From: an uncultured delta proteobacterium
GTDB taxonomy: Bacteria > Desulfobacterota > DSM-4660 > Desulfatiglandales > HGW-15
Direction of reading: 5' to 3'
Assembly (NCBI GenBank): GCA_963702565.1
Contig: CAVPDE010000026.1
Location: forward strand, 25,235-89,234
DNA length: 64,000 bases
Positions within the stretch are counted from its first letter, which is position 1, and every line of letters starts with the position of its first letter. A program made the position numbers and the translations under genes. Shown piece after piece: positions 10,253 through 19,585 of this stretch. The notes below the pieces were generated by a model. The model did not search any database, was not told the origin of the DNA, and saw only the letters and a program-made list of their open reading frames with translations.

Positions 10253-11140
10253 ATGAAAAATATGGAAAATGAGTTCGTACATTCTGGAAGCTTTGCCTGC
10301 CCAGGTTGCGGGTTGACGGTGGCCTTTCGGCACGTGGTCAAGGCGCTCGGGAAGAACACGGTGGTCGTCACCACCGCAGGCTGCGGATCGGTGGTGGCAG
10401 GATACTACCCCATGACCACTTCGAAACTCCCTTTCTTCCACTGCTCCTTCGGCACTGTGGGCGCCACGGCGGCCGGCCTTCGAGCGGGCCTGGACATGCT
10501 GGGCAAGTCGAAAACGCAGGTTCTTGCGTGGGCCGGCGACGGCGGGACTTTTGATATCGGGCTTCAGTCCATGTCCGGCGCGGCAGAGCGGAACGACGAC
10601 ATGATCTACGTGTGTTATGACAACGAAGCGTACATGAACACCGGAGTGCAAAGGAGTTCAAGTACGCCCCTCGGGGCCTGGACCACCACGACCCCCTTCC
10701 AGGCCCCGGAGGATCGTCCGAAAAAACGCATTTCAGCCATTGTGGCTGCGCACGAGATCCCGTACATGGCCACGGCCTCCATCTCCTATCCCCAGGATCT
10801 GGAGCAGAAAGTGCGGAGGGCCAAGAGCATCAAGGGATTTCGATTCATCCACATCCTGATTCCCTGCCCCACAGGGTGGCTTTACCCCACGAAAGACAGT
10901 GTAAAGCTGGGGCGGCTGGCCGTGCTCTCCCGCCTGTTTCCTCTTTTTGAGGTGTTCGGAGGCAGGCAGTACCGCTTGAGCCCGATGGCTGAAAAGGTTC
11001 CTGTCCAGGAGTATCTGATTTCACAAGGCCGATTCAAGGGGCTCTCCGAGCAGGCGATTCAAGGCATTCAGGGAAATGCGGACCGGGAGTGGGCCGAGCT
11101 CCAGGATCTGGCGGTTCGCAGCAAGGAGTTGGGATCATGA
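10253..11140 (+). CDS. 2-oxoacid:ferredoxin oxidoreductase beta subunit (TPP-binding)
   Basis: ACPGCG, AGC, GDGGTFDIG, DNEAYMNTG.Q.S..TP.GA.TTT, PCPTGW. Confidence 0.92.
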   Translation: MKNMENEFVHSGSFACPGCGLTVAFRHVVKALGKNTVVVTTAGCGSVVAGYYPMTTSKLPFFHCSFGTVGATAAGLRAGLDMLGKSKTQVLAWAGDGGTFDIGLQSMSGAAERNDDMIYVCYDNEAYMNTGVQRSSSTPLGAWTTTTPFQAPEDRPKKRISAIVAAHEIPYMATASISYPQDLEQKVRRAKSIKGFRFIHILIPCPTGWLYPTKDSVKLGRLAVLSRLFPLFEVFGGRQYRLSPMAEKVPVQEYLISQGRFKGLSEQAIQGIQGNADREWAELQDLAVRSKELGS

Positions 11141-11691
11141 TCGAGGTGAAGATTTCAGGGCGCGGAGGGCAAGGAGCCGTGCTGGCGTCACAGGTTCTTG
11201 CAGCCGCTTTTTTCGAAAAGGGGTTTTATGTGCAGTCCTTTCCCTCCTTTGGTGCGGAGCGAAGGGGCGCTCCGGTGTCCGCCTTTCTGAGAGTGGATAC
11301 AAAAGAGATTACCCTGCGATACAGTGTACAGTCACCGGATTGGGTGGTTCTCTTTGATGCCAACCTCCTGAAGAACCCGATGGTCATGGTGGGCATGAGC
11401 GGGAAGACGAGTCTCCTCGTGAACACCAAACTCACGAAAGATTTGGAGGTCCTTGAGTGCAAAGGCTTCTATGTGGTCGATGCGAACTCCATCGCCGAGG
11501 AGCTGAAGCTCAAGACCACCTCCTTCAGCATGGTGAACACGGCCATGGTAGGTGCTTTTGCCAGAGCCTCGGGATTGCTCGATCTGGAGAGCGTTGAAAA
11601 AGTGATCGCTGACATGGCGCCTGTAAAAAGAGAATCCAATGTGGCAGCGGCCAGAAAAGCCTTTGAAACGGTTAAAGAGGTTTCTCGATGA
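11137..11691 (+). CDS. 2-oxoacid:ferredoxin oxidoreductase gamma subunit
   Basis: MIEVKISGRGGQG, FP.FGAERRGAPV, NTAMVGA; ATGA overlap with beta. Confidence 0.92.
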   Translation: MIEVKISGRGGQGAVLASQVLAAAFFEKGFYVQSFPSFGAERRGAPVSAFLRVDTKEITLRYSVQSPDWVVLFDANLLKNPMVMVGMSGKTSLLVNTKLTKDLEVLECKGFYVVDANSIAEELKLKTTSFSMVNTAMVGAFARASGLLDLESVEKVIADMAPVKRESNVAAARKAFETVKEVSR

Positions 11692-12929
11692 AAAGTCACG
11701 TTAAACCGCCCATGGCGGCAGCAAAAGAACCGACCACGCCGATTCGCACCGGAACCTGGCGGTTTGAACGGCCTGTTTTTGTAAGCCGCCTCGCCCCTTG
11801 CAGCGAAGCCTGCCCGCTCGGTGAAGACATTCCGGCCATCATGGCGTTGAACGGTAAAGGGGATTTCGAAGGAGCGTACCTCAGGATTCTGGAGGAAAAC
11901 CCTTTTCCTGGGGTCTGCGGCAGGATCTGCTTTCATCCCTGCGAAAGAGTCTGCAATCGGGGGCGCTTTGATGAGGCGGTATCCATCAAGGATCTTGAAT
12001 GGTCGGTCTTCAAGGAGGCTCAAACACGAGAACCCATCGCCAAGGGTCTGGAGCCCAAAAAAGGTCGCAAGGTCGCTGTGGTCGGAGGAGGGCCTGCAGG
12101 ACTTTCCTGCGCGTATTTTCTTGCCCTCTTGGGGCATCAGATCACGGTCCTGGAGCAAGGGGATGAGCCCGGGATTTTCGCGCTCAGCATTGACAAAGGC
12201 TCGCTCGAGAGAGCGGACCTCGAATGGGAGGTGAAGCGGGTTCTGAGTCTGGGCGTGGGCATGGGGCACTATGTCCCTGATCAGGCCAAGGGGTACGAAG
12301 ACTTGGCAAAGGAATACGAAGCCGTTTACGTGTCTCCGAAGCTGGGCACCGACCCGGCGCGAAAAGAGATCGCTCCCGTGAAGGTGAGGTCCGGACTGGT
12401 CGTCCTCGACTCAGGCGCAACGACGACGGAAGGGCCTCAGGCTAAAGAGAGGGAAATCGGCCGGACCGTGGTTCGCCAGATCGCGGCCGGCAAAACGGCT
12501 GCTCTTCAGCTCGAACTCCACTTTCGCGGGGCTCCTGCAGATCAAATCAGGCCTTTCGCCGTAGGCCGCCTGGGCGCTTTTTCCTGCGAAGTCTTTAAGC
12601 TGGGCGTGACAGGCCGGATCCCGCGACCTCTGCAGGGAGTGGTACGATTTGAGGATCTCAACGTCGCGTATTTTGAGAAAACGCCCAGACTTCATCCGGC
12701 TTCTCCTCAGGGAATCCTGGATAAAAAGCAGAGGATTGCTTCAGCCCGGCGTTGTTTTCAGTGCGGGACCTGCACTTTTTGCATGCGGTGTTACGACTAC
12801 TGTCCGGATCTGTCCATCCGGATGGACGGCAAAACCAGAGAGAGAGCCATTGATTACGACCACTGCAAAGGCTGCGGAATATGCGCTGAAGAATGCCCGC
12901 GAGGGGCTATCTCGTGGGTTCATGAATGA
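11688..12929 (+). CDS. delta-subunit/ferredoxin fused to a shortened GltD/SudA-like Fe-S flavoprotein
   Basis: TGTWR..RP, CSEACP, NPFPGVCGRICFHPCE..CNR, GGGPAG, C-terminal CTFCMRCYDYCP and CKGCGICAEECP. Confidence 0.8.
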   Translation: MKSHVKPPMAAAKEPTTPIRTGTWRFERPVFVSRLAPCSEACPLGEDIPAIMALNGKGDFEGAYLRILEENPFPGVCGRICFHPCERVCNRGRFDEAVSIKDLEWSVFKEAQTREPIAKGLEPKKGRKVAVVGGGPAGLSCAYFLALLGHQITVLEQGDEPGIFALSIDKGSLERADLEWEVKRVLSLGVGMGHYVPDQAKGYEDLAKEYEAVYVSPKLGTDPARKEIAPVKVRSGLVVLDSGATTTEGPQAKEREIGRTVVRQIAAGKTAALQLELHFRGAPADQIRPFAVGRLGAFSCEVFKLGVTGRIPRPLQGVVRFEDLNVAYFEKTPRLHPASPQGILDKKQRIASARRCFQCGTCTFCMRCYDYCPDLSIRMDGKTRERAIDYDHCKGCGICAEECPRGAISWVHE

Positions 12930-12935
12930 ACCAAA

Positions 12936-13063
12936 GCAGGCCTGATGAAAAACGCCCATCTGCTGCGTTACCCTCGTTCCTCGTCGCTGCGGCGTACGAC
13001 GATGTACGCCTCACTCCTCGGAATCTCGGTTGCCTTGCATCTGGACGTTTTTGATCAGCCTGC
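12936..13063 (-). mobile_element. MITE-like element, short copy
   Basis: Reverse complement aligns with 14646-14802 and 61793-61949; ends GCAGG(C)CTGATGAAAAACG / CGTTTTTGATCAGCCTGC. Confidence 0.8.
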
Positions 13064-13218
13064 ATAACCTCGAATCTTCAAATGCCTACCGAAAGGGCAT
13101 ATTCCCCCCCAACCGTCAACCAACCATAGCTCGATGGCTACTGTAAGGCTTCTGATCGAGTGACCTAGAGCAGACTGGTGAAAAATACCCCACCTTCTTG
13201 CTGACACCTGCTTAGCGC

Positions 13219-13248
13219 TTGACACATAAGTTTCATGCTCCCTATACT
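13219..13248 (+). promoter_or_regulatory. sigma70-type promoter for the histidine kinase
   Basis: TTGACA-N18-TATACT, 70 nt before ATG 13318. Confidence 0.55.
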
Positions 13249-13317
13249 GGTAAAGTTCAGTCTACCCGTAAACGCCAAGAAAAGGGCGGATTCTGGGTTT
13301 ATCAAGCAAGAGGGGGC

Positions 13318-14241
13318 ATGGGTTTCAGGCAGAGCGTCCTTCCATATATCGCAAGCATTCTGATCTGCCTCTGTGCCGTGATTCTGGCATTCACGGGAAG
13401 TTTCGGCTATGCCGGTGCCGGGATCGTCCTCGCCGCCTTCGCCTTCGTGACCACCCGAAAGCTCCTTGAAAAGATTGCTGCGGCGAACGAGCAGGCCTGC
13501 TTCCTGGATGAAAAACTGGTCCAGTCTCAGAAACTCGCTTCCATCGGTGAGCTCTCAGCAGGGATCGGACATGAAATCAACAATCCCCTTGCTATCATCT
13601 CTCAAGAAACAGAGTGGATGCAGCACATTCTCAAACGGATCGGCGAAAAGGACTCAAAGGAAGTCACAGAGCTCCAGGATTCGCTGAAGGAAGTTCTGCA
13701 CCAGGTGGACCGTTGCCGGGAAATCACCCAGAACCTGCTCGACTTTGCACGGAGGAAAGACCCGGTTTTTCAGGAAGTGAATGTCAATAAACTCATCGAA
13801 GATCTCTCGAGGCTCGTGGAGAAAGAGGCGATCTTACACCAAATCGAAATCCGAAGAGACTTCCAGCAGGATCTGCCCCTCGTGCACACGGATGCTCCGT
13901 CGCTAAGACAGGTGGTTCTCAACCTCCTGACCAATGCCACCCATGCGGTTCAGAAAGATGGAAAGATCCGGATTGCCACCAAGAGCTCACAAAACGGTTC
14001 CGTGGACATTATCGTGGAGGACACGGGATGCGGCATTCCGAAAGACCACCTGGTCAAAATCTTTGATCCCTTTTTTACAACCAAACCCGAAGGAAAAGGG
14101 ACCGGGCTCGGGTTGTCCATCTGTCACGGCATCGTGGACAAGCTGGGCGGACGCATCTCCGTGAGCAGCGAAGTGGGAAAAGGGTCCACCTTTGTGGTGA
14201 CCTTGCCCATTAACCAGCAAAGAGGAACGAGACCATCATGA
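13318..14241 (+). CDS. NtrB-like sensor histidine kinase, 2 TM, no large sensor domain
   Basis: QKLASIGELSAGIGHEINNPL, NLLTNA, DTGCGI, FDPFFTTK..GKGTGLGL. Confidence 0.93.
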   Translation: MGFRQSVLPYIASILICLCAVILAFTGSFGYAGAGIVLAAFAFVTTRKLLEKIAAANEQACFLDEKLVQSQKLASIGELSAGIGHEINNPLAIISQETEWMQHILKRIGEKDSKEVTELQDSLKEVLHQVDRCREITQNLLDFARRKDPVFQEVNVNKLIEDLSRLVEKEAILHQIEIRRDFQQDLPLVHTDAPSLRQVVLNLLTNATHAVQKDGKIRIATKSSQNGSVDIIVEDTGCGIPKDHLVKIFDPFFTTKPEGKGTGLGLSICHGIVDKLGGRISVSSEVGKGSTFVVTLPINQQRGTRPS

Positions 14242-14648
14242 GTGGCAAACCTAGAGTGTTGATCGTAGATGACGAGGAAAGATTCAGGACGACCATGGCC
14301 AAGCTTCTGACGGTCAACGGCCTGGAGGTCACGGCTGTGGGGAGCGGGAAAGACGCGCTGGAAGAGCTAAAGGCAAAACCCTACGACGTGATCACCCTGG
14401 ACATCCGGATGCCCGGAATGAGCGGCCTCGAAGCCCTTGCTGAAATCAAGAAGGTGAATCCGGGGATCGAGGTGATCATTCTCACCGGACATGCTTCGGT
14501 CGACACGGCTATGGAAATCATGAAGCTCGGGGGATACGAGTACCTCCTCAAGCCCACGTCCACTGAGGAGTTGATGAACAAGATTGACGCCGCCTTCGAA
14601 AGAAAACTGAACCGCGAGCAGAAAGCGCGAAAAGGAAACGGGAACTAG
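14238..14648 (+). CDS. single-domain response regulator
   Basis: LIVDDE, LDIRMPGMSG, LTGH, YLLKP; no output domain. Confidence 0.92.
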   Translation: MSGKPRVLIVDDEERFRTTMAKLLTVNGLEVTAVGSGKDALEELKAKPYDVITLDIRMPGMSGLEALAEIKKVNPGIEVIILTGHASVDTAMEIMKLGGYEYLLKPTSTEELMNKIDAAFERKLNREQKARKGNGN

Positions 14649-14802
14649 CAAGAGGCTGAAAGAGACCCTGCTCGCAGGTTGCTTAAGAACGCTCAGATAC
14701 AAGGCGCCCGAAATCCCGAGGAGTGAGGCGTACATTTCAGTACGTCGCAACGACGAGGGGTGAGGGCAACGCCGTAGATGGACGTTTTTCAGCAACCTGC
14801 TA
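14646..14802 (+). mobile_element. 157-bp MITE-like element between two convergent stop codons
   Basis: Same length as and collinear with 61793-61949; core GCTCAGATACAAGGCGCCCGAAATCCCGAGGAGTGAG identical; ends TTTTTCAGCAACCTGCTA. Confidence 0.85.
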
Positions 14803-17409
14803 GGGGCCTGCGCTCAGGTCGCAGTGATAGTTCCCTTCAAGAAAACACTTGGCCACAAACTCCACGCTGCTCTCGTTGGCCATGAGCATGTCCATCTGCC
14901 TGGTGAACTGGAGCAAACGCCCCACCATCTCGAGCTTATTCTCGGTGGCGGACCGATCGAATTTCTGATAACGGCCGCTCACCTTGTCCCCCTTCACTTC
15001 CACGGTAAAGTCCAGGGCTTCGAGAACTCTCGAAATAGCCCGGGCGCGGCGGTTTCGCCGCACATCATCAGCAGCGCCGCCCTTGAAGGAGAAGGTGATG
15101 TAGTTCTTGCTCACCACCTCCCCGCAGTAGGAATCGAGAACACTGTAGTGATAGCCCACCCTGGAGCTGAAATTCATGTACCTGTCGGAAATGAGGGCGT
15201 AGCTTCGGTCTCCGAAACGTTCGGCAGAGTGGGGGTTTGAGAACATCTGCTCGCTCATCACGGAGAGCAATCCCTTGAACTCGATGGGCCGGGGCGCCTG
15301 GGTGCGCAAGTCCTCGTGCGTCATGCCTTTGAGAACGGCGCAGAAGGGGATAGAGGCAATCTGCTCCACCCTGACCTTGCGAGTTTCTTCCGAGAGATTG
15401 GAGAGACCCTCTCCCAGATCAATGACAAAAAGATCCAGAGGAATTGGGGCATCCACCTTCAGGGCGGCCCCGGCTTGATTGGAGACAATGTCGCTGATCT
15501 TGAACATCTCGGAGTAAGACAGCTCGTGGACAAAACGCATGATGTCGTGAAGGGTCTTGCAGGATTGGGGGGTGAAGCTGGGGGCGTTGGGGTCCACGAG
15601 AGTGAGGGGGACGATCCATTCGGCGACTTTCTTCAGCGTCTCGTAAACAGGCGTTCCCTGCATGTGGGATTCCCGCGGCTTCTGCAGGGCGAGTAGTTCC
15701 GGAACTTTTCCCGCGTAAACTCTCCCGGAGTAGGCATCCACAGTGATGAGCGTTCCTTGAGGGATCTTGGCCGTCGCGTCTTTCGCGTCCAGAACGGAAG
15801 GCACGGCAAACTCCCGCGAAAGGGAGGCCATGTGGCCGGTGACACTGCCTGAGTCTGTCACGATAGCCTGGGCTTTTTGCATGGCGATGACGAACTTGGG
15901 GGAAGCCTGCTTGGCCACGAGAACAGCACCCTCAGGGAAATGAAGCAGGTCGTCTTCCGAGTGGACGTGAAAGGCAGGGCCGCACCCGACGCCGGGATAG
16001 GCAACGGCGCCGTTCTCCACGAGGAGGGAATAGCCTGACAGCCTGGGCATGACTTTCTCGGAACCGGCCTCCACAAGAGTGTCCAGCCGTAGAGGTCGGC
16101 TTTGAAGAATGAGGAGCCGGCCTTCCCTGTCTACGGCCCACTCGATATCCTGGGGGCACTTGAAATGCGTCTCCAGCCTGAGAGTGTATTCCGCAAGGGT
16201 CCTCACCTGCTCAGGACTCAGGCAAGGGGTGTCCTGCAATTCCTGAGGCACCGGGATGTCCAGGAGCCCGCCGTCCGGGTTGCAGACCAGTTGGACAGGC
16301 TTGTTGGAGACCTTGCTTTCGAGAATGCGGAATTCGCTGTCTTTGGAAACCCTGTAGGTATCGGGTGTGATGACCCCGCCCACCGCGTAAGGCCCCAGCC
16401 CCCACACGGCGGAGATCAGGATGTTGTCGTCCAGCATGTTGAAGGGATGCCTGGAGTAGGCGATGCCGCTCACTACGGACTCCACCATCTGGAGGCAGGC
16501 GACGCTCATGACCACGTCTTCCCCCCGGATGCCCTTGGCCAGCCGGTAGGAGATGGCCCTGGGAGTGTAAAGGCTGGCCACGATAAACTTGTAGGTCTGC
16601 ATGAGTTTGTCCGGAGAGACGTTCAGCATGGAGAGATACTGGCCTGCATGGGTCAGCTCCTCATCCTCTCCGATGGCGCTGCTCCTCATGGATATTCTGA
16701 GGGGTGCCTCCGCGCCTTTTCCGCCGGCTTTCTGCCGCAGCTCCTCGTAAGCGGACACCACGGCTGCTTCCAGGTCCGAAGGGACCTGGGCCATGATAAT
16801 GAGCCTCTGGATTTCTTCGCTCACAAGGGCGATCGTGTTGAGATCATTGGGGTCAAGGTCCATTTTCCGTTTTTTGACTTCATCGACAAGGTCATTGTGA
16901 TGAAAGAAAGCGTCGAAGGCTTTGACCGTGATCGCGAACCCCTCCGGAATGGGAAGTTGGACCCTGGTGAGCACTTCCCCGAGGTTGGCGCTCTTGCCCC
17001 CGACCCAGTCCACTTTTTCCTTGTTGACCTGCGAATAGGGCAGAACGAACTCTGTGGCCGGAAGCTCCTTCTTTTTTTCGAGCTCCGTCTTGATGTGGAT
17101 ATTGATGCGATCGAGAGAATCGAAAAGCGGAAGATGACGGTTGCCGGACAGGGCATTCAGGCTCTTGATCATGCGAATCGTGTGAAACACCGTGCGGGCC
17201 GACACGGTTCTCACGTAGGCCATTCCGAAGATCTGCTGGCCCTGAAGTTTTTGTTCGATGTCGGTGAGGATATTCAGGTTATCCTCGTTGGAGGCGAGCA
17301 GGTCCTTGAAGCAGGAGTACTTGAATCGAAAAATCTCGTTCAGGTCCTCTTTGGAGGGTTGCGGTTTCGGAGCCAGCCATTTTCGAAAAATATCTATTAT
17401 TTTCAGCAT
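14800..17409 (-). CDS. PEP-synthase-like dikinase (PPDK_N ATP-grasp + phospho-His domain + atypical C-terminal domain)
   Basis: VGGKSANLGE, RSSA.GED...HAGQY.S, PQDIEWA, LQSRPL, GSVTGHMASLSRE; C-terminus LHDIMRFVHE...RVGYH rather than a PEP-binding barrel. Confidence 0.85.
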   Translation of the reverse strand: MLKIIDIFRKWLAPKPQPSKEDLNEIFRFKYSCFKDLLASNEDNLNILTDIEQKLQGQQIFGMAYVRTVSARTVFHTIRMIKSLNALSGNRHLPLFDSLDRINIHIKTELEKKKELPATEFVLPYSQVNKEKVDWVGGKSANLGEVLTRVQLPIPEGFAITVKAFDAFFHHNDLVDEVKKRKMDLDPNDLNTIALVSEEIQRLIIMAQVPSDLEAAVVSAYEELRQKAGGKGAEAPLRISMRSSAIGEDEELTHAGQYLSMLNVSPDKLMQTYKFIVASLYTPRAISYRLAKGIRGEDVVMSVACLQMVESVVSGIAYSRHPFNMLDDNILISAVWGLGPYAVGGVITPDTYRVSKDSEFRILESKVSNKPVQLVCNPDGGLLDIPVPQELQDTPCLSPEQVRTLAEYTLRLETHFKCPQDIEWAVDREGRLLILQSRPLRLDTLVEAGSEKVMPRLSGYSLLVENGAVAYPGVGCGPAFHVHSEDDLLHFPEGAVLVAKQASPKFVIAMQKAQAIVTDSGSVTGHMASLSREFAVPSVLDAKDATAKIPQGTLITVDAYSGRVYAGKVPELLALQKPRESHMQGTPVYETLKKVAEWIVPLTLVDPNAPSFTPQSCKTLHDIMRFVHELSYSEMFKISDIVSNQAGAALKVDAPIPLDLFVIDLGEGLSNLSEETRKVRVEQIASIPFCAVLKGMTHEDLRTQAPRPIEFKGLLSVMSEQMFSNPHSAERFGDRSYALISDRYMNFSSRVGYHYSVLDSYCGEVVSKNYITFSFKGGAADDVRRNRRARAISRVLEALDFTVEVKGDKVSGRYQKFDRSATENKLEMVGRLLQFTRQMDMLMANESSVEFVAKCFLEGNYHCDLSAGP

Positions 17410-17627
17410 GATGGAAAAAGGCCACCTTCCCGGATCTCTCCGACACAAAGGCATTCTAGGCGAGTTTAGCCAGGAAATCAAACGGCTTTGAAGGTTTCTT
17501 TCCTCTCCATTATTGTTTGGACATTTTGATTTCGGTTTTGTATATGACAGCATTAACCTATGGGCGAATTCGTCCACCCAAAGTGATTGGACCACTAAAA
17601 CATGTTCTTGGAAGGAGGAGCCGTGCA

Positions 17628-17924
17628 ATGTGGAGGTTGCTCAAAAGAGTGCTGTGCTTGTTTGCGGGCATTGGTCTGGCCTTACCTCATCTTGCCTGGG
17701 CGAGCGGCGAAGCAGCGACCAATCTGGTCGTGGTAGCCGACACGAGGCGGGTCACGGGCGTTTTGAAATACATTGCGGATATCTACAACACCGACCCGTG
17801 GTTGTTTGCCGTGTGGGCTGTGGTAATTACCGCCGTGTGGGGGGCCATCCTCGGGTTCCTGATGGACTTCATCATGGCACGCAGCGGGCTGGATCTGAAA
17901 TCGAGAAAGATTCTGGAACATTAA
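17628..17924 (+). CDS. DVU0150-like small membrane protein
   Basis: RBS AAGGAGGAG, signal peptide, VVADTR, one TM segment, C-terminal GLDLKSRKILEH; precedes TauE gene. Confidence 0.7.
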   Translation: MWRLLKRVLCLFAGIGLALPHLAWASGEAATNLVVVADTRRVTGVLKYIADIYNTDPWLFAVWAVVITAVWGAILGFLMDFIMARSGLDLKSRKILEH

Positions 17925-17942
17925 TTCTGGAGGGAGTGAGCG

Positions 17943-18983
17943 ATGGACTGGCTATACATGTACATGCCCATTGCCGGCGTCACGATTTTCTGGCCCGGTC
18001 TGGTATTGATAGGGTTTTCCGTGGGGGTTATTGGAGGCTTTTTCGGGATGGGAGGCGCATGGATGGTGACTCCCGGATTGAACATCCTGGGTTTTCCCAT
18101 GGCGTTTGCCATCGGAACGGATATGGCCCATATTGCCGGCAAATCCATGATCTCGACCATGAGGCACGCAAAATTCGGGAATGTGGACTACAAGCTCGGG
18201 TTTATCATGGTCATCGGCACCTTCATCGGCATTGAAGTGGGTGCCCAACTGGTCATGTACCTCGAGCGCCTCGGCCGTGTGGAGGCGGTGGTCCGTTATG
18301 TCTATGTCCTTTTTCTCGCTCTCATCGCGTTCATGGTCTTTTATGATTACGCAAAAGCGGTGCAGAAGAAGAAGGCGGGAGCCGTGGAGGGCGAGCGGGG
18401 AACGGAAGGGATCACCTGGTACAAAACCTTTCACAAGCTCAATATCCCTCCCATGGTGCACTTCAAGACGGCTGGGTTCACTTGTTCCGCATGGCTTCCC
18501 GCAGGCGTGAGTTTTCTGACCGGGATCCTTGCCGGTTTTCTGGGAATCGGCGGGGGCCTTTTCCGCATGCCGGCCCTGGTGTATCTCATCGGTTGCCCGA
18601 CCCATATCGCCGTGGGAACGGATCTCTTCGAAGTGATGATTTCCGGGCTTTACGGAGCCTTCACCTTTTCCCTCAAAGGCAGAATCGAACTGGTGGCTGT
18701 CTTTGTCATGCTGACCGGGGCTGCCATTGGGGCCCAGATCGGAACCGTGGCCACGAAGTACGCCAAGGGTTACGGCATCCGCATCGCTTTCGGCATCGCG
18801 GTCATCTGCTGTATGATTTCCATCATTTTGAAGCAGTTCGGATTTTCCAACAGCTCGGCGGTGCTGATTCTGACCACCATCGGTATCATGTGTGTCTACA
18901 TCTCAGCGATCATGTTCAAAGGGGCTGCAGCGGAGATCCGTGAAAAGAAGGCGGCGAACCAGGCCGGCCATCCCCTTTCATAA
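17943..18983 (+). CDS. TauE/SafE (TSUP) family transporter
   Basis: GGFFGMGGAWMVTP, AIGTD, GFLGIGGG...P, IAVGTDLF repeat motifs. Confidence 0.9.
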   Translation: MDWLYMYMPIAGVTIFWPGLVLIGFSVGVIGGFFGMGGAWMVTPGLNILGFPMAFAIGTDMAHIAGKSMISTMRHAKFGNVDYKLGFIMVIGTFIGIEVGAQLVMYLERLGRVEAVVRYVYVLFLALIAFMVFYDYAKAVQKKKAGAVEGERGTEGITWYKTFHKLNIPPMVHFKTAGFTCSAWLPAGVSFLTGILAGFLGIGGGLFRMPALVYLIGCPTHIAVGTDLFEVMISGLYGAFTFSLKGRIELVAVFVMLTGAAIGAQIGTVATKYAKGYGIRIAFGIAVICCMISIILKQFGFSNSSAVLILTTIGIMCVYISAIMFKGAAAEIREKKAANQAGHPLS

Positions 18984-18998
18984 GAGGAGGGATTCCAT

Positions 18999-19334
18999 AT
19001 GAAAAGACATCTCCTGATTGGTTTGGTGACTCTTGTGGCCGTTCTGTGCAGCGTGTCCCTCTGCCTGGGCGCGGAAGTGGCGCAGGGCAAATGCGTGAAA
19101 ATCGAAAAGGACGGGGCTCTCGTCACGATTGAAGAATATGACACCCAGTTCAGTAAAGAGCATCCTTACGGACGTCCGACGGGCAAGACCTCGGTTTACG
19201 ATTTTTCCAAGGCGGAAGTGGGCGTTCCTGCGGCCGTGGGCGACATCCTGCGCATCGCTTTCAAGGTCAAAGGAAACGAGAGAACCGCGGTCAAGGTCAT
19301 GAATGTGAGCAAGCAGGATTTGATGAAGAAGTAA
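18999..19334 (+). CDS. exported protein, DUF4881-like
   Basis: Signal peptide, QGKCV, C-terminal VMNVSKQDLMKK; position after TauE gene. Confidence 0.55.
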   Translation: MKRHLLIGLVTLVAVLCSVSLCLGAEVAQGKCVKIEKDGALVTIEEYDTQFSKEHPYGRPTGKTSVYDFSKAEVGVPAAVGDILRIAFKVKGNERTAVKVMNVSKQDLMKK

Positions 19335-19372
19335 GCATGCTCGAGCCACAGGCCCCTCCTCGCGAGGAGGGC

Positions 19373-19558
19373 ATGAATTTCAAACAAAAACTGGTTGTCA
19401 TCTTTGCCAATGTCCTTATCCTGGCAGAGCTGACAGCCAGTATTTATTTCAACCACCACGACCAGGAGAACATGGCCCGGAACTTCCTGGTGAGCTTTAT
19501 TCCCCTGGTCATCGTCACGATCATCGCGACCCGCATGGTTCTCAAGAGACTTCGCTAA
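19373..19558 (+). CDS. small 2-TM membrane protein
   Basis: RBS GAGGAGGG before ATG 19373; two hydrophobic segments. Confidence 0.6.
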   Translation: MNFKQKLVVIFANVLILAELTASIYFNHHDQENMARNFLVSFIPLVIVTIIATRMVLKRLR

Positions 19559-19585
19559 TCCGGTCCAAAAAGTTTTGTTTTCGTT

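Noticed and set aside
16102..17469. Long antisense ORFs (e.g. 16102-17469, 24734-25705, 40631-41755, 46106-47191, 51901-53079)
   Set aside because: Shadow frames opposite well-identified genes in GC-rich DNA; no family motifs.
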